Positions 21,272 through 31,900 of a stretch of 64,000 nucleotides of DNA are shown here, one piece after another. Source of the stretch: Candidatus Obscuribacterales bacterium (GTDB lineage: Bacteria; Cyanobacteriota; Vampirovibrionia; Obscuribacterales; Obscuribacteraceae); NCBI GenBank assembly GCA_965228855.1, contig CBDDIJ010000003.1, positions 2,496,001-2,560,000 on the forward strand. The letters are read 5' to 3'. The stretch's first letter is position 1. Each line of letters starts with the position of its first letter. Under the pieces are notes generated by a model. That model saw nothing but the letters and a program-made list of their open reading frames with translations, was not told where the DNA came from and ran no database searches. Both the position numbers and the translations under genes were made by a program.

Positions 21272-21822
21272 GCTAAATTCATGGTTCTGAACTGCCTTAT
21301 AGCAACCCCTCAAATGAGTTTTTGATAAACAACGAGAACTCGATCCTCATGACAATTAACACGAACTCATCCAGACATATAGCCGACCAATATTGTGGTT
21401 GAGCAGTGCTCATATAAACAAGGCAACCGCCAGCAACAAGGCGTTTTGGCGCAAATCTGTGCCTATCGGCTGTTTACAGGGTAAAAAACGGCAAGAGCGT
21501 TAGCCGCCCTATCAATGGAAATAGCGTTAAACAGAAGATTGTAAAGGTTAACGAGGTTGTCAATTATTTAATCTCCGACTGTCTCAACGCCCGTGGACAT
21601 TGCGTTTACGGCACTTCGGGAATTGTCAATGCTCGCAAACATAGTCAGAGATAGGCTTTCCAGCCCTTTCCTCCAGTTTGACTTTCTAGTGACAAGTCCG
21701 CTAAGATGCAGCGGTGAATTTTGCATGCGACCGAAAGGATGAAGGTTTGCGATCATTCATTCGCTTAAATAAGTGATGTCGCGGCAAACTGAAAGCACCT
21801 TTCCACAGGAAACCTGAAAGCG

Positions 21823-22611
21823 ATGGTAACAGTGGTAGAAGAAGACAGACAAACAAATATGACGCCAGCAGAACGCGTGGAATCCTTCCTCGAAGACAAT
21901 TCGAATTTTGATGCCACCATGCTCGATTCCATTCCGGAATTCATTCGCGAAGATATAGACGAAGATCGTCGTAAGCCACAACTCGACGCCAAACCCATGC
22001 TGCCCGCAGTAGCCTCGGTAGAGGTGGTAAACAGATCAAGCGAAGCAGGCACGATACCTCTGGTATCGACACGAACGGAGCGCACCGCATCTGGTGATGC
22101 TGCGTCGGACACACCACCGGCCGACGAGCTCGAAGCTCTCTGGCCAGGCGTACACCAAGAATTCATTCCGTCAGCAAAGAGAAACCCAAGCTTCTATATG
22201 ATGATGGGCTTCATGGCTGGTGCCGTGGTATCACTCCTCGGCGTATGGGGATACTCCGCGGTCGGTTCTAAGATAATCGCAGGCGGAGAGTCCAAACAAA
22301 TTCTCGTCGCAGGTGCGGCAACCAAGGCCGCAGATACATCCCAAGAGCAAGAACTCGAGACAAAGAGTACCGATCCAAACGCTACCTTGATTCCGATCAG
22401 CAGCACCTATGAAGTGAAGCCGAACGATACTCTGGTAGTTATCGCGATGAAGAACTACAAGAAAGTGACGCCGCGTCTTCTGGACGAAATCGTGAAAGCG
22501 AACGGACTGAAGAGCGCTAACGTTCTCAGCCTCGGACAAAAGTTGACCTTGCCGAACTACAAGCCGCAATCTAGCGCTATCGCAGCATCGAGTTCGGGAC
22601 AAGTTCATTGA
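21823..22611 (+). CDS. Single-pass membrane protein with C-terminal LysM
   Basis: Acidic N-terminus, one TM, YEVKPNDTL..IVKANGL..LSLGQKLTLP. Confidence 0.85.
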   Translation: MVTVVEEDRQTNMTPAERVESFLEDNSNFDATMLDSIPEFIREDIDEDRRKPQLDAKPMLPAVASVEVVNRSSEAGTIPLVSTRTERTASGDAASDTPPADELEALWPGVHQEFIPSAKRNPSFYMMMGFMAGAVVSLLGVWGYSAVGSKIIAGGESKQILVAGAATKAADTSQEQELETKSTDPNATLIPISSTYEVKPNDTLVVIAMKNYKKVTPRLLDEIVKANGLKSANVLSLGQKLTLPNYKPQSSAIAASSSGQVH

Positions 22612-24680
22612 CCAACACGGCTCCGGAGCCTAACAACTTCGCAGGCGAAGACCAGAGTCTCACGCCTGCGTTTGTATCTTCACCCCAGTTAGAGTTCGCA
22701 CCAGCCCTGGTATCGTCGAAAGATCTCTTACCACCACTTGTGGTCGATCTGCCTGACGGAAGTAACTTCACTCTGGACCAAGCTTACGAAGAGCTGCAAA
22801 ACAAGCTGCCCTTTTACGAGCATCGCCAGGAGCAGATAGAGCTTTCGCGCTTGATAGAGCGCGCCATCAAATCAGGTAAAACTGGCGTATTCGAAGCCGG
22901 CACCGGCATCGGAAAGAGCCTTGCCGCTTTGATTCCGGCCGCCCTCTCCGGAAAGCGTGTCGTGGTATCAACAGCGACCATCTCTCTGCAAGACCAATAC
23001 ATCAAAAAGGAAATTCCGCTCCTCAGGCAACTTCTTCCGCGACAAATTCAGGTTGCGTTGCTGAAAGGCCGGGGCAATTATGTAGGTCTGCGTCGCTTCA
23101 ACGATCATATGAAGGAGCAAACCGCCGACGACGATTTTGTCGACTGGGTCAACGAAACCGATACCGGCGACATAGGCGAGCTGGAATTTGTGCCGCCCTT
23201 CGAAGTCTGGTCAGAAATTAATTCCGACAGCGATGATTGTTTGAGAAACAAATGTCCGCAGTTTCAGAACTGCTTCTTTTTCAACTCCAGACGACAGGCG
23301 GAAAAAGCAGATATTATAGTTGTGAACCACGCGCTTCTCCTGGCCGACGCAGCTTCGCGGGGTGCGGTGCTGCCCGAATACGAAGTTTTAATCGTTGACG
23401 AGGCGCATCATTTAAACTCAATCGCCACAGACGCATTTAGCGTTTCGCTCACCAGTCGCGGTATCAGACGTCTTGCCACACGCGCGTTGAAACGGGTAAA
23501 CGCACCGGTTCCACTCGTAGAAGAAGTCGAACAATCGGCTCATGAACTCTTCCAATACCTCAATAGCGAACTGCGCTACAGCCGAATGAGAATCCATCGC
23601 GCGGTTCCGGAAGCTCAGGAATTGGACGATGCGCTGCACGCTCTCAGAAAGTGGCTCAGCGACCAGACATTCGAAAATATTCTAGATGTCGATCAGGCGC
23701 AAGAAAAAGCAAAGCTGAAAGCGAAAGCAATCATAACCAACATCGACACTTACCTGCACTGCTTGAGTCTCCTCATGGACCCGCAGTCCGACTGGGTCAC
23801 ATGGGTCGAGCGCCAGGATTCAACGGCATCTCGCATGTCAATCACCTCCGCTCCACTAGACGTATCCGAATATATTTCCGATTTGCTTTTAAATAAAGAT
23901 GGTCTGGAGTCGGCAAATTTCATGTCAGCGACCCTCGCCACCACAGGCGATGACCCATTCCGATATTTCAAGAAGGAATCCGGCATCAATGGTCGCGTGG
24001 TCCAGGAGAAGTATCTAAGTCCTTTCGACTACGAAAAACAATCAATACTCTACCTTCCAAAACTCATGCCCGAACCCAATTCTCCGGACTTCCTCGGAAT
24101 GGCCGCTTCCGAGATCGAGCGACTCATTGAAATTTCCCAGGGCCGGGCATTTGTCCTCTTCACCAGCAAGTATGCGCTCAATACAACCTTCGATGCGGTC
24201 TCACAGAGCCTCCCCTATCCAGCCAAGCGCCAGGGAGAGTTGTCGCGCCAGAAACTGATCGAGTGGTTCCGCGCGACACCAAATGCGATACTATTTGGAA
24301 CATCGAGTTTCTGGGAAGGCGTGTCCGTTGACGGAGAACAGCTCAGCTGCGTCATCATAGACAGAATCCCGTTTCAAGTTCCCGACGACCCGGTCCACGA
24401 AGCGCGTTGCGACCAGATGAAACAAAGTCAGGAGCGCAGTTGGTTTAACGACCTGGCGCTGCCCCATGCAATCACGCGACTGAAACAGGGTGTGGGCCGG
24501 CTTATCCGTACTCAGACAGACTACGGAGTGGTAGCCATTCTCGATCCGCGCCTGACGAAAAAACCTTACGGACGAAAAATTATCGATTGCCTGCCGCCCA
24601 TGCAACAGACTAATAACCTGCGGGCCGTCGAAGATTTCTTCGACTCTATTCCGAAAGGTCAACAACTGTCATTGTTTTAA
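22608..24680 (+). CDS. DinG/YoaA family ATP-dependent helicase
   Basis: RQEQ Q-motif, EAGTGIGKS, DEAHH, SATL, FWEGV, QGVGRLIR; 4-bp overlap with LysM gene. Confidence 0.93.
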   Translation: MTNTAPEPNNFAGEDQSLTPAFVSSPQLEFAPALVSSKDLLPPLVVDLPDGSNFTLDQAYEELQNKLPFYEHRQEQIELSRLIERAIKSGKTGVFEAGTGIGKSLAALIPAALSGKRVVVSTATISLQDQYIKKEIPLLRQLLPRQIQVALLKGRGNYVGLRRFNDHMKEQTADDDFVDWVNETDTGDIGELEFVPPFEVWSEINSDSDDCLRNKCPQFQNCFFFNSRRQAEKADIIVVNHALLLADAASRGAVLPEYEVLIVDEAHHLNSIATDAFSVSLTSRGIRRLATRALKRVNAPVPLVEEVEQSAHELFQYLNSELRYSRMRIHRAVPEAQELDDALHALRKWLSDQTFENILDVDQAQEKAKLKAKAIITNIDTYLHCLSLLMDPQSDWVTWVERQDSTASRMSITSAPLDVSEYISDLLLNKDGLESANFMSATLATTGDDPFRYFKKESGINGRVVQEKYLSPFDYEKQSILYLPKLMPEPNSPDFLGMAASEIERLIEISQGRAFVLFTSKYALNTTFDAVSQSLPYPAKRQGELSRQKLIEWFRATPNAILFGTSSFWEGVSVDGEQLSCVIIDRIPFQVPDDPVHEARCDQMKQSQERSWFNDLALPHAITRLKQGVGRLIRTQTDYGVVAILDPRLTKKPYGRKIIDCLPPMQQTNNLRAVEDFFDSIPKGQQLSLF

Positions 24681-24728
24681 AACCGACGCAGCCGCCATCC
24701 GGTTTTACTGAAAGTTCTGAATGTGCAG

Positions 24729-25229
24729 TTATTGCGCCACTTCAGGCGGTGGCACGTTCTCATCGCCGCCCAGGTCCTCTTCGTCATCTGCAATAGACAC
24801 CATATCCGGAGTTCGGATAAGGACGAGCGAAGAGCCGCAGTGATCCACCAGGTAGTGAACGATCGGATCCCGTTTGAAAAAGAAGTTGGACGGATGTTTT
24901 ACAACATCTGTCGTTCCGATGAACAGCATTTCAGCGTTCAATTCCTTAGCAGTCTCGACAATTGTCTTCGCGACTTCACCAACTTTGACGATTCCGGAGG
25001 CATTGACGCCTTGATTTTTCAAGCGTCCCACAACCTCATCGACCTGGCTCTTCGCCTTGTCTAGCGGTCTGTCGGTGGAAATCAGCTGGGCTACCACGCC
25101 GACCTTCTCCGGGTCGGGAACCACGCGGAGCAATACGACCTCGGCCCCCAGTGCCTTGGCGTGCCTCGCAGCCGTATCGACTGTTTTTGCACTGCGTTTA
25201 GGGCTGCTGAATGCAACCACAAATTTCAC
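24729..25229 (-). CDS. Universal stress protein
   Basis: MKFVVAFS, GEVAKTIVETAKE, LFIGT, SLVLIR pattern of the USP fold. Confidence 0.85.
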   Translation of the reverse strand: MKFVVAFSSPKRSAKTVDTAARHAKALGAEVVLLRVVPDPEKVGVVAQLISTDRPLDKAKSQVDEVVGRLKNQGVNASGIVKVGEVAKTIVETAKELNAEMLFIGTTDVVKHPSNFFFKRDPIVHYLVDHCGSSLVLIRTPDMVSIADDEEDLGGDENVPPPEVAQ

Positions 25230-25242
25230 GATCGCTGCCCCC

Positions 25243-26298
25243 TTACGCGTGCCAAACGGCTTTCAAAATCAAATAGCAAACTGCCGCAAGTATAAATGCT
25301 ATCGGAAAAGTCAGCACCCAGGCAAGCAGAATCAATTTAAGAGTCTTAGGATTGAGCTTGTCTTTACCATGCATCGGAATCGTTCCGCCGGCCACAGCGG
25401 AGCTGAGCGTATGCGTAGTGCTTATTGGAGCGCCTATTGTCGACGCCACAAGAATAATCATCGCGGTAGAGAAAGATGCACCGAAACCTTGCGAGTGGCT
25501 TAGCCGCTCTCTACTGATCTTAGTGCCTACTGTTCGAATCACACGCCATCCGCCAATAATTGTACCTAAACCGATGGCAGTGGCCGCTGAGATGACCACC
25601 CAGATTGGCACATGGCTGGTTGAATATCCGGCAAAATGCGTCGCGAGAATGAGCGTGATGATACCCATTGTCTTTTGCCCGTCGTTGCTTCCGTGGCTGA
25701 AACTGACTGAAGCGCTGGCGAAGATGTGCATCCAACGCATAAACTGGTAGTGAGATTGCTTCTTGCTCCCCGGATTTTCCTTTTCCTTGGAATACAGCAG
25801 CGCAAGCCAGGTTGTAAGCGCACCGGCGCCAAAACCGACGAGCGGTGAAATCAACAACGCCAGAAAAACTTTATTGAGTTCGTGCCACTCCACGCCCTCC
25901 ATTCCGGCTGCCGTGACGCCGGCGCCGAAGAGACTGCCGATGAGACAATGCGAGGAGCTGACCGGAATCCCGTACCACCAGGTCACCAGGTTCCAAACAA
26001 CCGCTGAGACGAGAACAGCAACCACGATTGGCAGCGTAACGGTTTCCTGCGGAATGATCTTCGTGATGACCTGAGCAACGGCCGTTCCAACAAGCAACGC
26101 GCCCAAGCAGTTGAGTAAACCGCTCATGACGATCGCCACACCAGGTTTCAAAGCCTTGGTGTATATAACGGTTGCGCAAGCGTTGGCTGTGTCGTGAAAG
26201 CCGTTTACGAAGTCGAATCCAAGTGCGAGGGCAACGGCAAGAACGGCGACGATCGTGTCGGGATTCATTTGTTGCGACGACTCCGTAAGTTCGGACAA
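25243..26298 (-). CDS. PiT family inorganic phosphate transporter
   Basis: NGFHDTAN and SHGSND signatures, PVSSSH and PISTTH. Confidence 0.93.
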   Translation of the reverse strand: MSELTESSQQMNPDTIVAVLAVALALGFDFVNGFHDTANACATVIYTKALKPGVAIVMSGLLNCLGALLVGTAVAQVITKIIPQETVTLPIVVAVLVSAVVWNLVTWWYGIPVSSSHCLIGSLFGAGVTAAGMEGVEWHELNKVFLALLISPLVGFGAGALTTWLALLYSKEKENPGSKKQSHYQFMRWMHIFASASVSFSHGSNDGQKTMGIITLILATHFAGYSTSHVPIWVVISAATAIGLGTIIGGWRVIRTVGTKISRERLSHSQGFGASFSTAMIILVASTIGAPISTTHTLSSAVAGGTIPMHGKDKLNPKTLKLILLAWVLTFPIAFILAAVCYLILKAVWHA

Positions 26299-26448
26299 AT
26301 TTCACATCAATAGATATCAACTCAGCGGTTAAGGACACCTTAACCCCAAAGCTAAAAGCAGTTTTTCGTTACACAGGCAAAATAGAACCCAAGCGGCAAT
26401 TGAGAAGCTAAAATCAGATTGAACTAATTCATAATGCGGCAATAAACT

Positions 26449-27489
26449 TTGTCTAACCAAACAAACGACCCGAATGACCTTGAGGACCGCTTCGAGCAGG
26501 AGCGCCTGGCCGACGCGCAACAAGCAAAGCACTTCAGAGATGCTCAAAAACGAGCTGCCGAGTCCTTCACGTCGTTTTCAGAGGGCATGCCGGCTGTCGA
26601 CAAATTCAAGATTTTGGGCGCGACAGGCGAGCAACAAGCGGTCAAGCGAAAGAAAAAATCAAAGTCTGGGAAGAAACCAACCGAGTCGACCGCATCGAAA
26701 AGCGTGATGCGCAGCAAGGCAAATGAGGACGCCTTCACCTCTTTCAGCAAAGGCTTACCGAGCGCCGACAAATTCAACATCGCTCAAATTGAAACCGAGA
26801 GATATATCGGAATTAAAAGCTTCGTGGACGCAACCACATGCAGTTTCATCAAAGAGCATGCCGACGCCACTGCCTCCGGTGAAATCGCAGACTTTAAGTC
26901 AAAGACACTGGATCGCCTGATGTATCTCTTCACTCTCGTGCCCTGGAAAGACAAGATTGTTTTCGAAATCTCAGAAAAACCGGAGTTCACCGAATTCTGC
27001 TTTGACGAAGGCGCCATCCAATTAGGCAAACAAATGGACGAAGAAGAGACCGTTCTTCAATTCGCACACCAGACTTACCATGCCACCAACAAACTATTGA
27101 CCAAGCTCTACGAAGACGGAGAAATGTTGGACAAAGAAACTTTCGTAGACCTCTATATGTGGGCAGAAGTCGCAGCCCTGATTACGGAAGTGAATGTCCG
27201 GAAAGAACTCGGACTCTGGAAAGTGGCACCGCCCAAGGTGCTTTGTCAAGAGAGCGATGGCACTTTCTTCTACATCAACGTCGAGGATATTTTAAAAACC
27301 AGAGGCATGAAAGCGCTTCACGACCTGCTCTACTTCTCACTGCTTCGCGGCAACGACAATCAAAAATTGGTTGATGTATACCAAAGATTATTCGAGGTTT
27401 ATAAAACCAACTTCGACTCCGACAATCGCAATGCGCAATCAACCATCGACTACTGCTTAGACCAGGGACTGGAGCGCGATTGTATTTAA
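26449..27489 (+). CDS. Hypothetical protein, possible degenerate zincin fold
   Basis: 346-aa ORF; FAHQTYHA followed by EVAA; internal 18-aa duplication. Confidence 0.7.
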   Translation: MSNQTNDPNDLEDRFEQERLADAQQAKHFRDAQKRAAESFTSFSEGMPAVDKFKILGATGEQQAVKRKKKSKSGKKPTESTASKSVMRSKANEDAFTSFSKGLPSADKFNIAQIETERYIGIKSFVDATTCSFIKEHADATASGEIADFKSKTLDRLMYLFTLVPWKDKIVFEISEKPEFTEFCFDEGAIQLGKQMDEEETVLQFAHQTYHATNKLLTKLYEDGEMLDKETFVDLYMWAEVAALITEVNVRKELGLWKVAPPKVLCQESDGTFFYINVEDILKTRGMKALHDLLYFSLLRGNDNQKLVDVYQRLFEVYKTNFDSDNRNAQSTIDYCLDQGLERDCI

Positions 27490-27574
27490 ACGTTTTTTAC
27501 TAAAATGAGCATTGGAAAGACGATCCTGCTCGAGCGTTTGGCGCCGAGAGCAATCGTGATGCTGGAATGTGCCA

Positions 27575-27883
27575 CTACGCGTGGCGCGCTTCCATTGCCT
27601 CTAGCATCAGAGGATCGGCATAGACCCACAAGTCACCTGGTCGCCAGGGCAAAGGATGACGAGTCGTCCTGTATCTATATACGAGCAACTGTCTTACAAT
27701 CCGCCTTGCGGATGGATTCTGCTCGCCGCGCTTGTCATTAGCAAGTCTGGTGCGGAGCTGAATTGCATCACGCTTAGTCCAGCAGTAAGCCGGACCCGGA
27801 TTTGACCCGCGCGAACGACACAAGATGGCAATTTTGCCAGAGGGTTGTGGCCAACCTAAAACGAATACCGGTTCTTCATACAT
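27575..27883 (-). CDS. Small basic hypothetical protein
   Basis: 102-aa ORF filling the gap; protein-like composition. Confidence 0.65.
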   Translation of the reverse strand: MYEEPVFVLGWPQPSGKIAILCRSRGSNPGPAYCWTKRDAIQLRTRLANDKRGEQNPSARRIVRQLLVYRYRTTRHPLPWRPGDLWVYADPLMLEAMEARHA

Positions 27884-27938
27884 AACTAATTATGATAATT
27901 GATGTTGTCCGAAAGTCTAGTGAAGCGTAGCCAATAAA

Positions 27939-28937
27939 ATGAAATCGCCAACGAATATAGTCATATTTCACCCCGCGGCCATCGGCGATGCAATGCTCGC
28001 GACCCCTGTAGCGGCAATACTTAAAAGGAATTTCTCCAACGCACATATCAGTTACTGGACTCATGAGAGTCTCAAAATACTCATCAAAGATATGTGCCCC
28101 CCTGTCGATGGATTCGTAGACTACAAGCGCGGTCAAAACATTTTTAAACTCTCAGGTCAGCTCAAATCTCTTAACGCAGATCTTTTTGTGGACCTCTCGA
28201 ACTCATCCAAAGGAAAGCTGATGTCCCTGATGAGCGGCACGAAAGCCGTCCATTACAAAAAGCGGAAAGACGGAGTTAAACCGATCCGGCACGCTGCAGA
28301 CAACTTTGTTGATACCATTCGAACGATAGCAAACGATATACCGAAGGAGCTCTTCCCGACAGTTTTTCCATCGGAACAACTTCTTGCAGATGCGCGAAAA
28401 ATATATTTGCCGTCAGAAGCTTTCGGCTCTAAACCTTTAATCGCAATCGTTCCCGGTGTAGGGAAACTAAGACCGAACCGAGCCTGGACCATGGACGGGG
28501 TCGGGAGTTTGGTCGATTTAGTTTTAAAGAAAGGATCGCATCTTCCAGTTTTGATTGGCGGTCCGGATGAGACCGAACTCGGTGCAGCAATTGAAACATC
28601 CAGGCAAGGTCAGGTCGCCAACCTTTGCGGGAAATTGAATCTGGCAAATACGGCAGCCATATTGAAACAATGTCAGGTAGTCGTGAGCGGCGATACGGGT
28701 CCGGCGCATATCTCGGTTGCCGTTGGCGTCCCCGTGATCGGATTATATGGGCCAACTGCTTACGAGAGAAGCGGACCGTATGGCTGCGAAAAATTGGTGA
28801 TTGATAAACAAGCCGACTGCCGATGCCAGTATGAGAAACAGTGCCGCTTTACGGAACCAGGCACCGCCGGTGAATGCATGAGCAGAATCACCACGGGCGA
28901 CATCATTGAAAAATTGAACTTGGTTCTAAATTTCTAA
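27939..28937 (+). CDS. Glycosyltransferase family 9 (LPS heptosyltransferase-like)
   Basis: AIGDAMLATP, VSGDTGPAH, GLYGPT, C-terminal Cys cluster. Confidence 0.92.
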   Translation: MKSPTNIVIFHPAAIGDAMLATPVAAILKRNFSNAHISYWTHESLKILIKDMCPPVDGFVDYKRGQNIFKLSGQLKSLNADLFVDLSNSSKGKLMSLMSGTKAVHYKKRKDGVKPIRHAADNFVDTIRTIANDIPKELFPTVFPSEQLLADARKIYLPSEAFGSKPLIAIVPGVGKLRPNRAWTMDGVGSLVDLVLKKGSHLPVLIGGPDETELGAAIETSRQGQVANLCGKLNLANTAAILKQCQVVVSGDTGPAHISVAVGVPVIGLYGPTAYERSGPYGCEKLVIDKQADCRCQYEKQCRFTEPGTAGECMSRITTGDIIEKLNLVLNF

Positions 28938-28959
28938 TTGAGTCGGTTTCAAACGCTAC

Positions 28960-31900
28960 TCAGGCTGAAGGTTGAAGTCTAATTTCAATCCTCGTGAAAT
29001 CGACGGGCGTGGGCGGAACACTTTGGACCTGGCTGTTCTTAACGTTGCCGGCAATGTAATTAGTCCTGTACACGCTCCAATTGCGCGAAAAATCTTCAAC
29101 AGCCATCGTGCGGACAACCGGCGACGGGAGGTGCAAAATCATGGTCGACTTGACTCCGTTTTTACCATTGCGAGTCCGCGACGTCGCATCCGGCGTACAG
29201 TCGTAAACAGCAGCAGCGGCCCAAACACCGTCCACGCAAATTTCGAGTTTAACAAAGGAGTTCGACGGGTTGCTAGCGAAATCACTGACGACGATTCTGG
29301 CATCGCGTGCCAAAATTTTGACGTCTATAAGCCGTTCAGGCTCAGGTGCGACAAAGACTGTCGATAGTCCGCAGTCGATATCAGACACGTTGTCTTTTGG
29401 AACGTTGGCTTTTGAAACGTCATCACTTGGAACGACGATGCTGGAAGTCTTATCGCGTGAAACGATGCCGTTCGAAACGATAGGATTCGAAACGTTAGCG
29501 TTCGCGACGATGGCGCCTGAAACGATGCCGCTTGAAACGATGGCCCTTGAAACGATGGCGCTTGGAGCGATCATTGTGTCACCGCCTGTAGAGGCATGCA
29601 CAAACATACCATCGACAAGAGGATGAACTCCATCGTGGACCAAAGCGGTATTCACGACATCGGACTCAATGGCTTTGTTCAGACGATCAATTGCATCGGC
29701 AACGTCTTTGACGGAGTTGGATAAACTCAGTTGAGGCAAATCCCTCACGGTTGTCCGCGGATTCGAGTTTTTAACAGAAGAGCCACAAGTGGCGATGAAC
29801 TCACTTTGAAGGACATCACGTGCTCCGGACTGCTTTTGCTGGGTAACCTCTCCGCTCAACCTTGGAGCAGCTGGGTTGATGCCTCCACTCTTCTTACTAA
29901 AGAAATTTTTTCGATAGATATTCAATTCAGGATCGCTCGGAAGCCAGATAACTTGACCACCGTAGACGAACGGAACTTTCACATTTTCCGCAAGCCTGTA
30001 AAGAATTTCAGCCCTGTTTATCGTGACGATAAGATCGGCAAATCGCGCGTCACCCAGTTGAACTGCGGCGATAGACTCGATGGTTTCACCCTCTTGAACG
30101 GTATAGCGAACTCGAGTGTCAACAGACCAAGTTGAGGTGCCAGCCTCCGATTCAGCTTCATCCTCTTTGGCTTCGACTTTGGCCAAACCGACAACTTCGG
30201 CAAACTTCAACGCCGCTTTCAAGCCCGGGAAGTATAAAACTTCATTGTTGTAGCGGAGCGCTATTTCGCCGTTTTGAAATGCAATGCCTTCCGGTAGTGG
30301 TAATCCCAGCCGTATTGCATCCGCAATACTTGCCACCATATGAGGCGTCAAAGTACCGCGGCTACCGGTATCACCTTTAGCACCATCCAGCGGTCGGCCG
30401 ACGGCTGTGTCAGTTCTCGAACCAGACGATGCGTCACCCTTGATTGCAGTAACTCCATCCGGCTTGCCGGCGGCGACTCCATCACTCTTGTTGCCTGCAG
30501 CACCATCAATTTTTGTCCCGCTGGCGCCGTCGATTTTTATCGAAATTGCTCCATCGCTCTTCACTTGCGCGGAGCCCTCGGCTTTACTTGCGGAAATATT
30601 ATCAACCTTCGGACCGGCAGTAATCTCCGATTTTATAGCGACGGCATCGCTTTTCGAGACGGTGGATATGATATCGCTTTTGGTGACTGGTGACGGTTCT
30701 AACCTGGTTGAGAATGTGAGATCACTTTTTGAAGTTGCAGCGTTATCGACTTTTGAAAATCCAGCAAACTCGATTTTCGTGGCAGTAAGAGCAGCATCAA
30801 TCCTGTTCTCGGAATTGAACTGAACTTTCGCAACACCGGAATCGAGCCTGGTGGCAGTTGAAATCGGCGCACCATTGAGAGTTCCTCGGATTGACGGCTG
30901 TAATTCTCGAAGATTCAAACCACTTGCGCTTCCAGTGCTCGATGCCGCATCAGAGCTCCGAGCGACAGTCACGGTTTTCAATACAGGAATTTCTTTAGGG
31001 GCAACAGAAATATCGATTCGAGTCGAGTTCATAGGCATCTTCGCAACGAATCTGCCAATCGCCGTGACGTCGAGTGGAGCCGTATCAATCCTGCTTCCGT
31101 CAGATTTTCTTTGGCTGCCCAGATCTACGGGTTTCAACAACTCCCGGGAAACATATTCATTAGCCAAGCCACCGCTTTTGGTGACATTTTCAACGGCATC
31201 CTTCGAGATGAGAGCAGAACTTCTGTTTAAATTAGTTCCAGAGTGGGATTCAGGAACGGAGCCTGTTCGAGTACGACTGGTGACCACACTCGATACTTTT
31301 TCGATTCCAACAGTTTCGTTTGCCGTTGCTCTGATTCCATTTCCGACAGTGCCATCAACCAGAGAATTTTGACGATTTAGAACGCTTGCTTTCTCTGGCA
31401 AAACTTCCAGTTGGGGAAGTTTAGTCACGGCAGTCGAGGTTGTGAGATTTGTCGGATGCCCGACGTTCTCAATTGCTGAATTGACTGATTCTACACGATT
31501 GGGTACGGGCAACTTAGGCAGTACCTCGGCACCGTTTTCGATACCAAGATTTTTCGATGATGATGGAATGGCAGGAAGAAAAGACTTTTCAATTGCAGAG
31601 CCCAGCCCGATTGTTTCAGCTAACGGTTTGCTTTGTACACCGGAAGTCTTACCGTTCTCACTATTCGGAAGGACAGGTGTTAGTAACGGTCCAAGACCAG
31701 ACGGATTAGGACTTGAAGGAACCGAAGCAGGTTTGTCCGTCTGGAGTGACTTGACGGTAATTGGCGAATTTTCCGGAGAAACTGCCGTCCCATTCAAATT
31801 AGCAATAAGCTCACCTAAGGGAACAATGGATCCTTGAGGTGGATCGACAGTCTTCGCCACGGGCTTGTCTGTTGTATGCGCAAGCGCCGGTGCAGGGATA

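Noticed and set aside
21300..21820. Known riboswitch, 6S RNA or tmRNA
   Set aside because: No match by eye to c-di-AMP, c-di-GMP, glycine or tmRNA consensus
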